From: Sphaeroforma arctica JP610
Lineage: Eukaryota
Length of the DNA stretch: 32,165 nucleotides
Direction: 5' to 3'
NCBI RefSeq assembly: GCF_001186125.1
Contig: NW_014040225.1
Location: 55,026-87,190, forward strand
The translations under genes were made by a program, and so were the position numbers. Of the stretch, positions 10,278-23,275 are shown piece by piece. Positions within the stretch are counted from its first letter, which is position 1, and each line of letters starts with the position of its first letter. Below the pieces are notes generated by a model, which saw nothing but the letters and a program-made list of their open reading frames with translations, did no database searches and had not been told where the DNA came from.

Positions 10278-13200
10278 CTTAAAAATATATATACATATAC
10301 TTAAAAATATATATACATATACATATATAAACATATACATATATATATATATATATATAGATATATATCTTTGCATATATTTGTATATATATATTACGTG
10401 CATAGTTCTGATGAATAGCTACTAAAAGCTGTGACGCAAGACACGTCAATAGTTGGACTGTTACTGGCAATTGATGATTTGAGATTCGAAACAGGATCAT
10501 GACTGTCTGCAAACTTGGCACGGCAATCGTGTTAAGAAAGAAAGCCACTGCAACCAATTTGTTCGTTTATAGCTACAACGAGATATAAAATAAATTTCTA
10601 GTGTACCCAGGGATTTCTCAACTACAATACCTTAGTCGGTAACGAAGAACAAACTGAAAATTAGTGTGCAAACACAGAACAAACCTTATTTTGACCATGA
10701 TTGCGGGCTTCCCCTTTTCTTCTTCGTCAGAGCTGTCTGAGAAACTGTCATCGGAACCTTGGTTGGCGGCGACCACCACCTGTGTGTGTCATATATCAAA
10801 GTTCAATAGAATAATGAGACTACCGACTACGTCTCTACAAAGTAGATGCTCGCGCATACACCCTCGAAAGGTACATAATCTAGGCTGAAATGCTAGCGGT
10901 GTACATGACGTGCAACCGCATAGTAGAAAATAGAGGACAGTCAACGGTCAGTATAATAAAAATAATGAACGACAGAGCACATCTACAAAAGCTATAGCAA
11001 GAGATACATAGATGATCTCAAATCTCCCGCGTCGCCAGTTGAGATATACCTGACTGCCACCATCGTCCACGAGGGCGCTTTGTGGGGCGCCCTGGGAATC
11101 GACTGGCGGCTCTGGGACGAACGCCAATCCCGATACATTGTTGTTATCTACTGGCATTCCAGGGGTGAGCCCGTCCTGGCCCATTTGCCCATACTCGCCA
11201 AATGGATTGTCCAGTTGTTCTGATGGGGCTGCCACAACACCCGCCGGTGCAGGCATGGACACGTTCACATTAGGATCGCCGGCGTTTGTATACGCAGTTG
11301 GGTTTGTCGCGGCAGACGTGCTCACGTCAGACGGTGTATAAAAACTGGAATCGGGGGTTGCTTCTGCAGCCATTTGGCTGTGCGTGTCTGTGGCTGTAGC
11401 TGAGTTTGTAGTCATGTTGGTATCTCCCGCAGCATAAGAAATGGGGATTGGTTCCTGAGTGTGGCGAGCATCCGTTGCAGACTGCTCGTTCGCGTTTGTA
11501 TTGGTTGTTGTGTTGGTTGTTGTGGTGGTGTGAGTGCTGTGGACGTCGTCCGGCATATTTGTGGTACTGTTGGCCTCGCCGGACAAGTCAGATTGCGAGT
11601 TCGCCTGGGGGTTCCCAAAAAGAAGTAAAACATTATATACAAAAGTATAAGTTGTAATAGAAGAAAACTTGTATTATAGTAAACAATATGTTTGCACGAC
11701 AAGGGACAGTATAGAACATAGCAAACGTGTGAGAGAACAAAGTGGAAATATGTGCTAGAATGATACGGAAGTACTGACATGGGATCAATTTTTTCACATC
11801 ACGCGGTGCAAAGGGCAGTGGCACGCCCCTCACTCAGAAATTGAACTCCCATTGTTAATGCACTTGGTGAGATTCAGTCAATCGCATACCGGTTCGTCTT
11901 TCTTCCCCTTCTTCCTCAGAGTCAACGACTTCGTCTTTCGTTTTAATGTGCCGAACATGTTGTGGCTTTTACTTGAACCTTTACTGTAATTGGATGGCGG
12001 GATCATCATTGTGTTTGAGGATTGGGGTGAAGGAATTATTGTAGCTGTGAAACTATCGGATATACTATATTGGACGGGTAGATTAGAAAAACGTAGCACA
12101 TACTCGCTCAAGTACTACAGCTCACGGCGGACTTTAAATGCACGCGAGCAAATGGCGAGTCATCATTGTAGCAGCAGGTCTCACTGCTAAATATGCCCTT
12201 GCTATTTACCTTGTTTTAAATGTACTAGAAAGTAGCAATAACCTCACCAACCTCCGACATCAGATTGCAACACACTTCTATGCAAACTCATTCATGATTT
12301 TCCCGTAGGTGATTAGTGATGGTGGAGTCCAACTGGGGTTGGATAAGTTGATAAAAGAAACAACTAGAAGGGTTTGCCAATTCAACGAACCTTACAGAAT
12401 GTTCTCTGTAAATAAATCCTTCAGCATACAGTAATCGAGTACACTGATCCAAAGGTACAATTTATCATTTCAAAAAGGATTCTACTACGGTGTACGTGCT
12501 AAAACGTTAACTACACAGAGTAGGAAGGTAATAGTATAGTAGCCTTCTCAGGAAAGAAATATTCATCTCAATTACTTAGTTTCATCTCAATTACTTTCTG
12601 AGCTTTTCTGAACATATGATAGGAGCATCACAAAGTATTCATCCAAACTTCAGCAGAAATATGCAACACAAGACAGAATAAGAGAGAATCTGAACGGTTT
12701 GTTGCCTCACCTACTCGTTTTCTCTAACTTGTCCCCTTTGCCCTTCTTGCCACGCACACTGCGTGCCTTTGAAACATCATTAGTCGAGGTCTGTTCAAAT
12801 GGATCTGCTGCATGCGGATCATCGAATCCTTGATCGGCCGCTATAAATATGCATCAAGCAATGGAAAACTAGTATCGGAGATCCGGGAATGATATTCAAT
12901 GAGATGATCTCCATCACCAACCAATGTAAAATCGAACAAGCAAAGTAACTCTATGTATACGTACAAGAAAAAGATGCAAGTTTTTGTTTTAAATACAATA
13001 CGTAAACGGGAAGGAATTACAAACATACAGACTTTTCCACTACACAAACATACACACATGTCCACACATACATACAAACATACCGGTAAGAAGGCACAAA
13101 CATACACATATATAAGTATATAATTGAAGGTATCTGGCTCCAAGATTCTTCGCACAAACATACCACCATCGAAAGGATCGCGAGCGTGGCTACTGTAGGG

Positions 13201-14236
13201 AGAATTGACAGCTGGTGCAGTTGTTTGCGATGGGGCATGCTGTGCCACACTTGTTTGTGGCTGGTTCACTTGTTCACGTGGTGTGGGTGTGTGGACTGGC
13301 TGAGGTTGGCCGCTCAGCATCGAATCCGTGTCTAGATATTCGATATTCTCCGACAAAAGTTCTATCCCCTGTAGAGCGCTCTTGTATCTATGCGAGAAGA
13401 TATCGGAGGTTGTGTAGGTGTTATGGTAGTGTAGGTGATATGGTAGTGACAAATATGATTTCCAATCCTATGAGGATGATAATATATAATCGTTGCAAGT
13501 CGAGCGTGCCATGCACACTATAACCAAGTCATACAGTGAAACACTATATCGAATTTATATATAACTTACAGCGTGGTGAAATACATGTCGTGGACTGATC
13601 ACACAGTACAAGCCAATCACAAACATATGTTTACATGTACTTGCTCCCGTAGACAATCACTAGCTCGCAAATCAGCGTAAGCATTGTACCAAGAAACGGC
13701 CAGAAAACTCGGTAATTTGATTCGGAACTACCTGGTACGTTCAGCATTCATCCAGTTCGTAACAATACCACGCATAGAATTGATGTTGTGTCGTTCCATC
13801 CCTTGATTCTCACGGTATGCTTGGCCATCTATATAGGAAGAGAGAGAGAGAGAGAGTGTGTGTGTGTGAGAGAGAGGGAGCGATCAAAGATCAGAATAGA
13901 GGCGAGCAAGCGATGACATTGAGCAATGCATCAGATATATAAGTTGGCAATTCTAACCAAGTATGACCCAGACAAAAATTAAGGTGAACTAAGTAAAGAG
14001 CCGTGCCTGCATCGATGGACGTACTACATATATCTACGTATAAGGAATCACAAAACTAACCAGAACTGAACAAAGGCAACTGCGGGACCGCCATCTGTTC
14101 TGGTCTCAGAGACTACAATCCATCCCTTTGCGAGTTAATCAAAACTTATGGAAGAACATATACGTGAAATACTTTGCAGTCTGAATACATGTATACATAA
14201 AACATCACACAAACTAGCTTGTGATACAAAAAAGAA

Positions 14237-14274
<38 letters not shown>

Positions 14275-15164
14275 GCACGCCCACACACACACAAATATAT
14301 ATATATATATATATACACGCACACAACAACTACTAATCATATATATATATACATATTTATATATATGCTTATATCGTATTGAAACAAAGATACAAACATA
14401 AGTTGCATAAATGTATGTCCACATACCTATCTGCTTCTTGTCAAGAAATACATATAGTAGAGGCAAATATGCGCACGCTATTATCATGAAATGCAACCAT
14501 TGATGTGTATTCTCATACAGCTTTGAATATTAATGCGATTAAACAAACACATCGACGAATGATAATGTAAGCATACACAGTCTGAGATAAAGACGAGATC
14601 GGATAATGCATCGCGGACCAGAGTCCAATGGTATATGTATCTAAACTTGTGCAAGTATTCCTAAAATAGCAGGAATTGATGGCAAGGCACGGAATAACAC
14701 GGCGGTAATCAAACGCAAAGATAATCGTTGTTGATGCTGAACATATAAACGTGAATTCACTTGCCGATAAATTACATTGCCAGACACAGTTGTATATAGT
14801 TACCCTATTGTAGTCTGGGTTGGGTGAACGCATACTGATACAAATGCTGTAGACGAACACTTCAAGCGTAATAGCACATCATGTAAAGGCCGAACACATA
14901 TCATGCACACACTGTAGAATATATACCATCACCAGCTTGAAAAGCCAGCACTTGTAGAGTTGTCAGAAGCTCTTCATCTTGTTGCACATTGCCTCTTAAG
15001 TTGAGCGCTATGCCATCCATAAAGGGTTTCAGCATGCCATCGTACGCACCCAATGCTTGGGCTTGCCCGTTTAAGCTTGTTTTGCTTCGCTCTAATTCCT
15101 CAGCTCTGTGCAAAAAGAACTGTGTCGCCGCCGAGTGGGCTGCGCAACCATTCTCAGAGGCCAT
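5568..15164 (-). CDS. FCHO: Muniscin (FCHo1/2-SGIP1/Syp1-like) clathrin-pit nucleator: divergent F-BAR-like N-terminus, disordered linker with AP2-activating-like segment, mu-homology domain, C-terminal extension
   Basis: Phase-compatible exons 13828-13732, 13387-13164, 12840-12711, 11983-11890, 11604-11050, 10779-10685, 9885-9702, 9327-9147, 8604-8538, 8349-8232, 8021-7944, 7686-7408, 7112-6925, 6195-5568. muHD motifs [55 protein letters not shown] (compare FCHo/SGIP1 AAAFTETVNAYFKG...RFAAGKY). APA-like [24 protein letters not shown] and NPF motifs in the linker. The 5' exons (15164-14927, a possible one at ~14660-14577, and 14112-14061) are less certain. Confidence 0.82.
9368..9452. repeat. 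Intronic ~32-bp direct duplication, each copy containing the palindrome GTCGT-TT-ACGAC
   Basis: AGCGAAGTCTAGTCGTTTACGACCTTGTAAGG at 9368 and AGCGAAGCTCAGTCGTTTACGACCTTAAAAGG at 9421. Confidence 0.85.
9933..10395. repeat. Compound (TA)n/(CA)n/(TACA)n microsatellite in a muniscin intron
   Basis: Read directly; explains the YIYI ORFs. Confidence 0.97.
13838..13876. repeat. (GA)n(GT)n microsatellite next to a minus-strand splice acceptor
   Basis: Read directly. Confidence 0.9.
14237..14366. repeat. (CA)n/(TA)n microsatellite
   Basis: Read directly. Confidence 0.95.
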
Positions 15165-15765
15165 ATTACGAAAGGTGCTTTGGTGTAATCGTATTAACTT
15201 AAAGTACATATCACTTTGCAATCCATATATAAATATATATATTATAGGCGTATCATTGCCGGATTGTCAATTTTTACTATATATTTTATAAAAATATATG
15301 TGACTACACATAATACTACAGAGCAAAATTGTCCGTTTTCGGACACGGACCGGCTTTATCAATTGTCGGGGTTGTCTGTGCGATCTATAATTTTATATTT
15401 TCGATAAAACTGAATAAGTACATGCAAGACATATTGTTCAATGTGAGTGATAGTGGTGGGATGTTTGAGTGTATGCTCTGGGAGCTTTACTCGTTGCAGC
15501 AGTACTTCATCCGATTTTGGTATTCTGTACTATTCTGTATACAGGAACCCACCTAAACGCTTGAAAAATGCAATTTGAAGGACTCAAAGCCTTACTACCT
15601 GTTTGATCAAGTTATACACACGGAATAAAGCTTCAGATTAAATTTATCTATATATACATCTCTCTCTCTCACGTGTATGTGTAGACACTACATTAATGTG
15701 AAGCCTGTCGGATGCTACATATGGTTATCTGCGAGAGAGTGTGAAGTGCGCATGCAATTGTTTTT

Positions 15766-15772
15766 CATATAT

Positions 15773-15829
<57 letters not shown>

Positions 15830-15857
15830 TATATACTTATATATATATTTATACATG

Positions 15858-15900
<43 letters not shown>

Positions 15901-16195
15901 TTATATATATATGTATATACATATATATATATATATATATATAAATATATATATATATAGTATACATATATATATATACACACACACACATATATATACA
16001 CATACACACACACACAAACACACACATATATATATATATATTGTATATATATACACATACACACACACATACATATATATATATATATTTATAAATACAT
16101 ATAAATACATATATATATATATATACACAAACTTATATATATACATATAAATACATATATCCACAAACTTATATATATATATATATATATATATC
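15766..16195. repeat. Compound (CA)n/(TA)n microsatellite
   Basis: Read directly. Confidence 0.97.
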
Positions 16196-17103
16196 AATCT
16201 GCATGTAGAAGTACGGCAATAAAAAAAATTTGTATGTACATATGTTTGTTTAGGAATATATGAATATGAATACGCGTATACATATGTACTAACAAGAATA
16301 TGTATACAAATGTACACATCCTTGTATACAGCAAGTTCATTTTAACTAGCAACTGCAGAATAGGTATCCAAATCTAATGAATCAAGATCATGGGTATGCT
16401 ACGCACATGAATTCAGCTCAGTGCCTTCTTTGCTATCTGCAAACTCATTTGTACTCGGTACGGAGGAAGATTGCCGTCCCGAGTTTTGTTTATTCAATCG
16501 AAAGTACGCTTATCGCTCTACGTAGTCAATCGTGCAGTCTGCGTGCCCAGGCGACAATAAATAGAGTGTCTGCGCGCTTGTAGCGGTGGAAACTTGTAGC
16601 TGAGAGAATATCACAAGTGTTTCACTACGAAATTTGAGTTTCTTTCTTTGTATGTTGCTGCTGTCCTCGCACTCATTCATCCAGGATCCTCTGACTTTTA
16701 AATTCTTAATTCTTAATTCAGCAAGTAAAATAAATTTGCGACCAGGTATATCCCAGAATCCAAGATCAACCATCCTGGATTTAATACTACATGGAAGATG
16801 CCAGCCCATCTCAGATTGAAGCATAGCCCAGAGCTCTATGTATGTCTTTCCGCCACTGTGGGCAACGAGAAGCGCTTCAAGTGCACGTACAACACTCCAC
16901 TGCTTTTTGAGAGATTCCATAAGCCCCAATTGTCAGGTCTTCTCTTTAACGATGAAGATAGCCGGAAGCCTCGATCACATCTAATCTCTCTCTCATTCTT
17001 TATGGTTATCCGAAGATGCCTAGATGCTCCATGGCAACTGCCTCTTCGAGAAATAACAACCCAGATACTTCGACTTTAACCATGACCATCGCACTACACA
17101 CAC

Positions 17104-17409
17104 CTAATCCCACTGAAACAGAATCGAAACGTTCTTACTATCATCCAACTTCGCAATTGGTTGACCTGTTATGGCTGTGTACACCTTGGGTCCAGCTAAC
17201 TGTCCCCCAACAGCTGCTAGCAGTGTAGTGGGGAGATACTTTACGCTTAGCCGAGCTCTCCTCCTAGCTATAACCACCAAAGGCACACACGCATGCACCG
17301 CAAAGAACCACTGAATCGAAAGCGGATGACACTTCTCACGCCAGACTCCGAAGGGCATGTTCCCAAGAAATGCCCCAGTACAAATATTGAGCAACGGCAC
17401 CACAGACAT
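17104..17409 (-). CDS. Small hydrophobic, probably membrane, protein of an uncharacterised family (N.P.G.WR....S..WF.AVHA.VP motif)
   Basis: Uninterrupted 101-aa ORF with hydrophobic segments. NMPFGVWREKCHPLSIQWFFAVHACVPLVV...R..GQL.G resembles, from memory, plant/algal NIPLGVWREH..KFS..WF.AVHA.VP and bacterial NLPFGYWR...KFS..WF.AIH..VP proteins. A possible splice acceptor ~14 nt upstream of the ATG makes the 5' end uncertain. Confidence 0.75.
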   Translation of the reverse strand: MSVVPLLNICTGAFLGNMPFGVWREKCHPLSIQWFFAVHACVPLVVIARRRARLSVKYLPTTLLAAVGGQLAGPKVYTAITGQPIAKLDDSKNVSILFQWD

Positions 17410-18151
17410 GACAAGATGAGACCTGAGATATATGAGGTAAGTTGGTAGAGGTTGGCTACCTTTGTGATAATTGTAACGTCAGTTTTTGCTCACTAGTTCC
17501 ATTTTCTTTAAAAAATACGATCCCCAAAAGAACTATTGAAGTAAGGAACAGAGGAAGCCTCCGAACTGAATTTTCCAAAACTATTGTTCTAAAAATCATA
17601 GCCTTTTGAAAATTACACATTTTAGGACGTATTTATTTACATAGGAGGCCATGTTCTCATTGTTCAGTCTGTTTGTCTGTCAGTTTTTTTGGGCAAAGAG
17701 ATAAAGATCCATTTTTTTCCAAGAAAGGTATTTATTCCATAAATAAACTGTCTAAATAATGATTATACACTCTATTCTTTTAAAAAAACAAAAAAAACAA
17801 AAAAACGAAGTTTTGCGCATTTAAAAAGAAATAAAAATAATATGTATGATTTTACATTTTTATTTAGGTGGGCCGTGTCGCGTTAGCGTAAAAAATTGGG
17901 TTTAGGTTAAAAGATGGAAATTTGGAAAATATTTAGTTCAATAAAAGTTTTAGAATAACCCCTAAAAAAAGATACTTTCCAGTTTCCACACAGCGGACAG
18001 GCCGACGCCCGACAGCCGCGACATTGCTTTTTTTTAACACCAAAAAAAAGATGAATTGCCGAGTTAGAACTAAATTTGGAACTGAAGCATAAACTTTGAA
18101 AGCAAACATATTGAAAAAAGTTAAAAAAAACATACATAAGCCTACATACAT

Positions 18152-18729
18152 GAATATCTTTATACGACACTGGTGACAATAAAATTATTAACCACCTCAG
18201 GCCCAGTTTCCTACCAGTCTCATATATACTTTTTCGAGTTTAATTTGCTTTTTAAAAATATAGGTGTATTATTGTAGTTAGCGTGATTTTAAGCCCGCAC
18301 TAGTGAGATGTGATTGTTTTCTGCCGGTTTGTATGTTATCTGTCGGCTGAAAGTGCTTGACTTAAATGTTAGATATTGTAGCGCGGATACAACCCATTCG
18401 TTGCACTTATGTTAGGTCCTTGTCGGTCTTTAGGGCTTGACATATGTTAGCAGTTAGACACATGTATACAGGCGTCCTGTCTTAGCTATTGCTTCGTATT
18501 CGCCCATGGTTTTACAGTTGACACTATTCGTATCCAACATACGTCGACCTCTCCTCTGAGGCCGACAAAGAACTAATACAACAAGTGCAATAAATGGGCT
18601 AAAACCACGCTAATTACATCTTTTAAGAATGCAAAGTAAACTCGAAAAAGTATAAGTATGAGACTGGTAGGAAACTGGGCCTGAGGTGGTCAAATTTTTT
18701 ATTGTCACCAGTGCCGTATAAAGACATTC
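18152..18729. mobile_element. Fold-back/MITE-like element with ~140-bp imperfect terminal inverted repeats
   Basis: 18152-~18296 (GAATATCTTTATACGACACTGGTGACAATAAA...CCACCTCAGGCCCAGTTTCCTACCAGTCTCATA...CTTTTTCGAGTTTA) is the reverse complement of ~18596-18729. No ORF inside and no clear TSD. Confidence 0.7.
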
Positions 18730-19910
18730 CCAGAGGCAGTCTACATCCTACACCTAATAGAAGTGGGATAGCCACATCATACACCACACGAATATCTACA
18801 GTGATGTGTACTGTGTAGACTGTAGAGTGCTGTGTAGACTGTAGAGTGATGGGCTAGTAGTAGTAGTACTCTGTATGTAGTCGTAGTGTATAGAGTAGAC
18901 AGACAGAGTTGCAAACGCGAATGATGAAATCACACCGTCACATCGCCTGAACTGCAATAAAATCAAGATTTGTGAGCAGAAATCAGGGCCGTTGCGGAAA
19001 TCGTAAATTTAGCAGAGACCCAAATCCTTGAAATCCAGAGGGCCATGAAAATTTTAACGCTTTCAAGTTTCAACTCATCAAGTTTCAGCCCAGTCCAGAC
19101 ACTCCAGACTCCAAAGACATGATCTATCCACGACTTCTCTCCTCTCTAGTAACGCGTATGTATGTATATACATAAATATGCAACGAGCATTCTACATGAG
19201 TCATGTATGACTCATTGACTGTGTAGTTGGCCCTAGAGATCTAGTTGTGTATTCGCTATATTGTCATTTGTCAAAAAATAATGGTGGGGTCGTGGCGCTG
19301 TATTTACTAACGATGCTCGCTTGAGTCGATATGTATTTACTGATCAGCGAGAACAGTAAATATGTAATATTTTTATCTTTTTCAGTGATATATACCTTCT
19401 ATGTTTATTCAGAAGGCTATGAATTGACTGACAAAATCTCACACTGTAGTTCGAGTGTCCCGACAAGTGTAGGATATATAGTTAGTAGTCCGTGCCACAT
19501 GAATTGAGTCTGAATATATACTACTGGCATGCTCCGGGGTACAATCGGTGCTGGTGGTTGTCATTTTTGAGTGCAGTGCATGCGTACATAAGTCCTTTTA
19601 ATTGAGCATGTATGAGGTCATTTGGAACCTACTCATATTGGTCGGAAGGAGCTGAAGAAAGGTCGAGTACATACACTAATATCGTCCATTAACATACTCA
19701 CACGCAGACGGCAACAACTCTTACTTTCGATATTGGTAACCGTGCTCAAATTTTAAACTGTATATTCTGTTTGTTTAACTAGTACTATGCGTATATGGTA
19801 TCGGTAAGAAAAGAAAGCGAATATTCCCATACAAGTTTGCATCCCACGACTTCGATGATAGTTCTACTACCATCTGTAGATTTTGGCACCACCTACATAT
19901 CTTCTAGGTT

Positions 19911-22900
19911 TTATTGATGTACATTGAAAACTTTTGCTAGCTCACTGAAATCATCAACTTGTTTCGCATCCTTAACTACGCGCCTGGCTGTAGGGATCTT
20001 GTCGAAGAGATTCCACAGGAGCACTCCCACAACCTGATTACAAGAAAGTGGGAAAAAAAAACGAATAAGAGGAGGGTGACAAACACTAGCGAGAGTGGAC
20101 ACTCGTTTATCCTGCCCAAAAGGAAACACACGCAAGAGTTCACAACATTGCATGGTGCGTAAGACTACAGTTCGGCGAGTTGATCAACAGAGTGAGAAGG
20201 ATCGCTAAAACATCCGCCACGTAGTACGCAAATGAGTTATTTGGACGAGACGACAGCATTAGCGGATAACTAGATTCTGAGTACACTTTGAGGTATCTGA
20301 ACGCGAGTGATTTGTAGACGAAAGCGATACAAACACTTGATGATTCATGCACAAAGGATCGACAGATAACTGAACATATCAGCGTGAAACTAGCGTGGAG
20401 TGTTTCATGTTGTTCGAGATGAAATCTTTATCATATGCTAATTTCAAAGTTGCCCCGAGGGCATGATCTGCAAAGTTCAACGGACACAGCTGAGCCGTTG
20501 CTACGCTACCAACACTTGCCCACAGTACGATGTATGATTGACTATCTCAAAACACCTATATATACACGCGTTCCTAATCGTAAGCACAGTACACATACCT
20601 TTTTGTTTCGTAGATAAAACACAACGCCCTTATTGAACACCTCCGAGTCTTCATCTTGCTTCTGCCTTTCCGCTAGAGTTATCGTGCCGGAGTTCTCACC
20701 AGATGGCTGTGCTGCAGTACTACTCTTCGCTTTGGCCCACACACCCACGGTTTCTAGTTCGCTATCAATAATGCCGATAGCTTCATAGCCTGTGCGTGAG
20801 ATAGAAACGAACAACATGGTGAACAATAGATGAATAAATTTTTTCTAGTGCAAATCTAGACTTGTCGCAGGTGTCAACTGTTCTATTTAAATACCGCAAT
20901 ACCCAATCATCCCTCCCATCAATCACCGGCCGACAAGGTGACAATATTTACCTAGCTTGGGCCCTAAGTCACCCCAGAACATCGACTGGTGCTCAAACGA
21001 TTTGCGTTGTGTAGAGTTAGCCATATTCTCACCGGCCAAATGTCCGCTGACTACTGCGTGGTCGTGGTGCTCCACTAACCGACGGCCCAAAGTTATATCA
21101 TGGAAAGACGCACAGTCACCGGCCTAAATGGGAGACAGCAAGTTCGGAGGCTTGACGGTCAGAACTGGGATTACAACTATAATAGTCTTGACAGTGGTCT
21201 ACAGACAAATACGTGCAAACTCAACTGACCTGGTGGCCTAATACGCGAATATTGTATTGCAATATCACTATTCTTCACTAGTAGGGTCGTTCGTTGAATA
21301 TGGCTCAAGAAGCATTAGTAACTCCTATTATATACGTCTTTGCTTTCAAAATATACAATCAGCATACCGCATAAATATCGGACCTCGCGGCCAATTCAGA
21401 GTTCACCAGCACACCTCCAAACTTCGGATCTATTTCCAAACGGGCTTGTTGTGCTAATTCTACATTTGGCTCAATACCGGCAGCTACTACCACATGGTCA
21501 GTGGAAATCTCGGATCCATTCGTCAACTACATATTGCAGTGAAGAAAATTGAAATTAGATGCACAAGAAATGCGTCAATCAGGCTTGGACACATGTAATG
21601 CATTTCACAGGGACGAACGTCCAATGAAGGGCTGCAGCAGCAGGAAGCAGATGAGCTGGTGGTGTATTTTTACATAGATGAACAGAAGTCACAAATTCTG
21701 AACTACTCGTGTGAAGTCCGCGGACCCAAATAAAATCATACACAAATATCTATATTTTGAAACTATTATAGAATCGCAACAAACCTACCTTCAATATAAC
21801 CTTCCCGTTGGACATTGAAGCCGACTCCACAGATGCTGAAGGTATCACGTTGACGTTTTCATTGCGCATGAATTCGGTCGTGGCTGTACTCAGATACCTA
21901 GGTAGAATGAATTAAAATTGATGGGTTCGCAGTTGAAGTATATGAAGGTGCTTATTCTCGAGGATTGTCTAAAAAAATAAAAATTCATATTTGCAGCACA
22001 GGGTACTTGCTAAACTCCATGTCCTAAACTATGCTATCACTCCCACAAATGTCCGCATAACGGACAATCAAGGAAGGCAAATCCTAAACTTGCAACGGTC
22101 CTGTCGATAAGAATATGAGACGGCAGCGGCATCAACCACAGTCACTCAATTCTATCAATAAATAATAGAAAACGGTCTTTTGAACGCACTAGGGGTTGCA
22201 GATTGACGCTCAGAGTTGTTCCTGCGCGCGAGTGTACAGTACACGAACAACATGCAAACTTACTGAGGAAGCAGAAATCCCATATTGCCGTGTTCGGGGA
22301 ACACTTGAGTGACCTTCATATTTGAAGTAGCACCTTTATGTGCCAGAGCGATGGCAAGCTCAGAACCCAAAAACCCTCCGCCCAGAACTACTAGACTCTC
22401 CGCCCCGTCCGAGATCTCTTTCAATTTTCTGAAATCTTCAATTTTCCTGGTCAGCCGGGGTTGAAAAGTTATATGCAGATACTTTCAGAGTGTGCACAGC
22501 AGCACGCGTCCAGTGACACAAACACTCCCCCTGAAACAGAACAATTTCACCAGCCAGTTTGTGAATGTTGGTCCAAACGCGGGCTGAACAGCAATAATGA
22601 GCGCAAAAGATACACCTTGTCTGGACCGCAACCACGAACACGTACTGACATTCCGTGCTTATGTTGAGTGGGTCCATCACCTTGGCATATCCAACTACGC
22701 AATATGGACCAACTAAACACAATTCTTTGAAGAAACATACAAAGGCACACCTGTGACACTGTCTAGTCTGATACGCACCTGAAGAGTGTTACATGGCTCT
22801 TAACCTCCTCCTCCGCATTTTCCAATTCAGACACGGTGCGTGGACTCCCTCCAGTAGCTAATAATAACTTCTCGTACACGACGGTATCTCCATTGCTCAG

Positions 22901-23236
22901 TGTCAACCTCTTCTCCTTAGCGTCGAGACCTACTACTTTCACGCCCTATAAGCAAAAACATGATGTACAGACGTCAATTGAGATGGCGGATTCGATATAC
23001 GAATACAAATATTTCACCAGTATACTACCGGCTAGTTATTTCAAGCCAGAATCAAATGGGTACTTGCAACAGCGTGCACGATCGGTTACATCCAAGACAA
23101 GTATCCTGCGCGCATAATGTCATAGAATACAATAATATAATAATATTAAATATCATTTGTATATATCTATATCTATATATAGAATATATTTACATACATA
23201 TACATNNNNNNNNNNNNNNNNNNNNCATGTACGCAT

Positions 23237-23275
<39 letters not shown>

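Noticed and set aside
9905..10557. ORFs rich in [12 protein letters not shown] (also at 14135-14496, 15677-16317, 22960-23335, 28731-29114)
   Set aside because: Translations of (TA)n/(CA)n microsatellites.
16510..17079. 139-aa minus ORF and 93-aa plus ORF downstream of the small gene; faint C..CG..E...H pattern
   Set aside because: No recognisable domain and non-ATG or weak starts; too weak to call a gene or LINE remnant.
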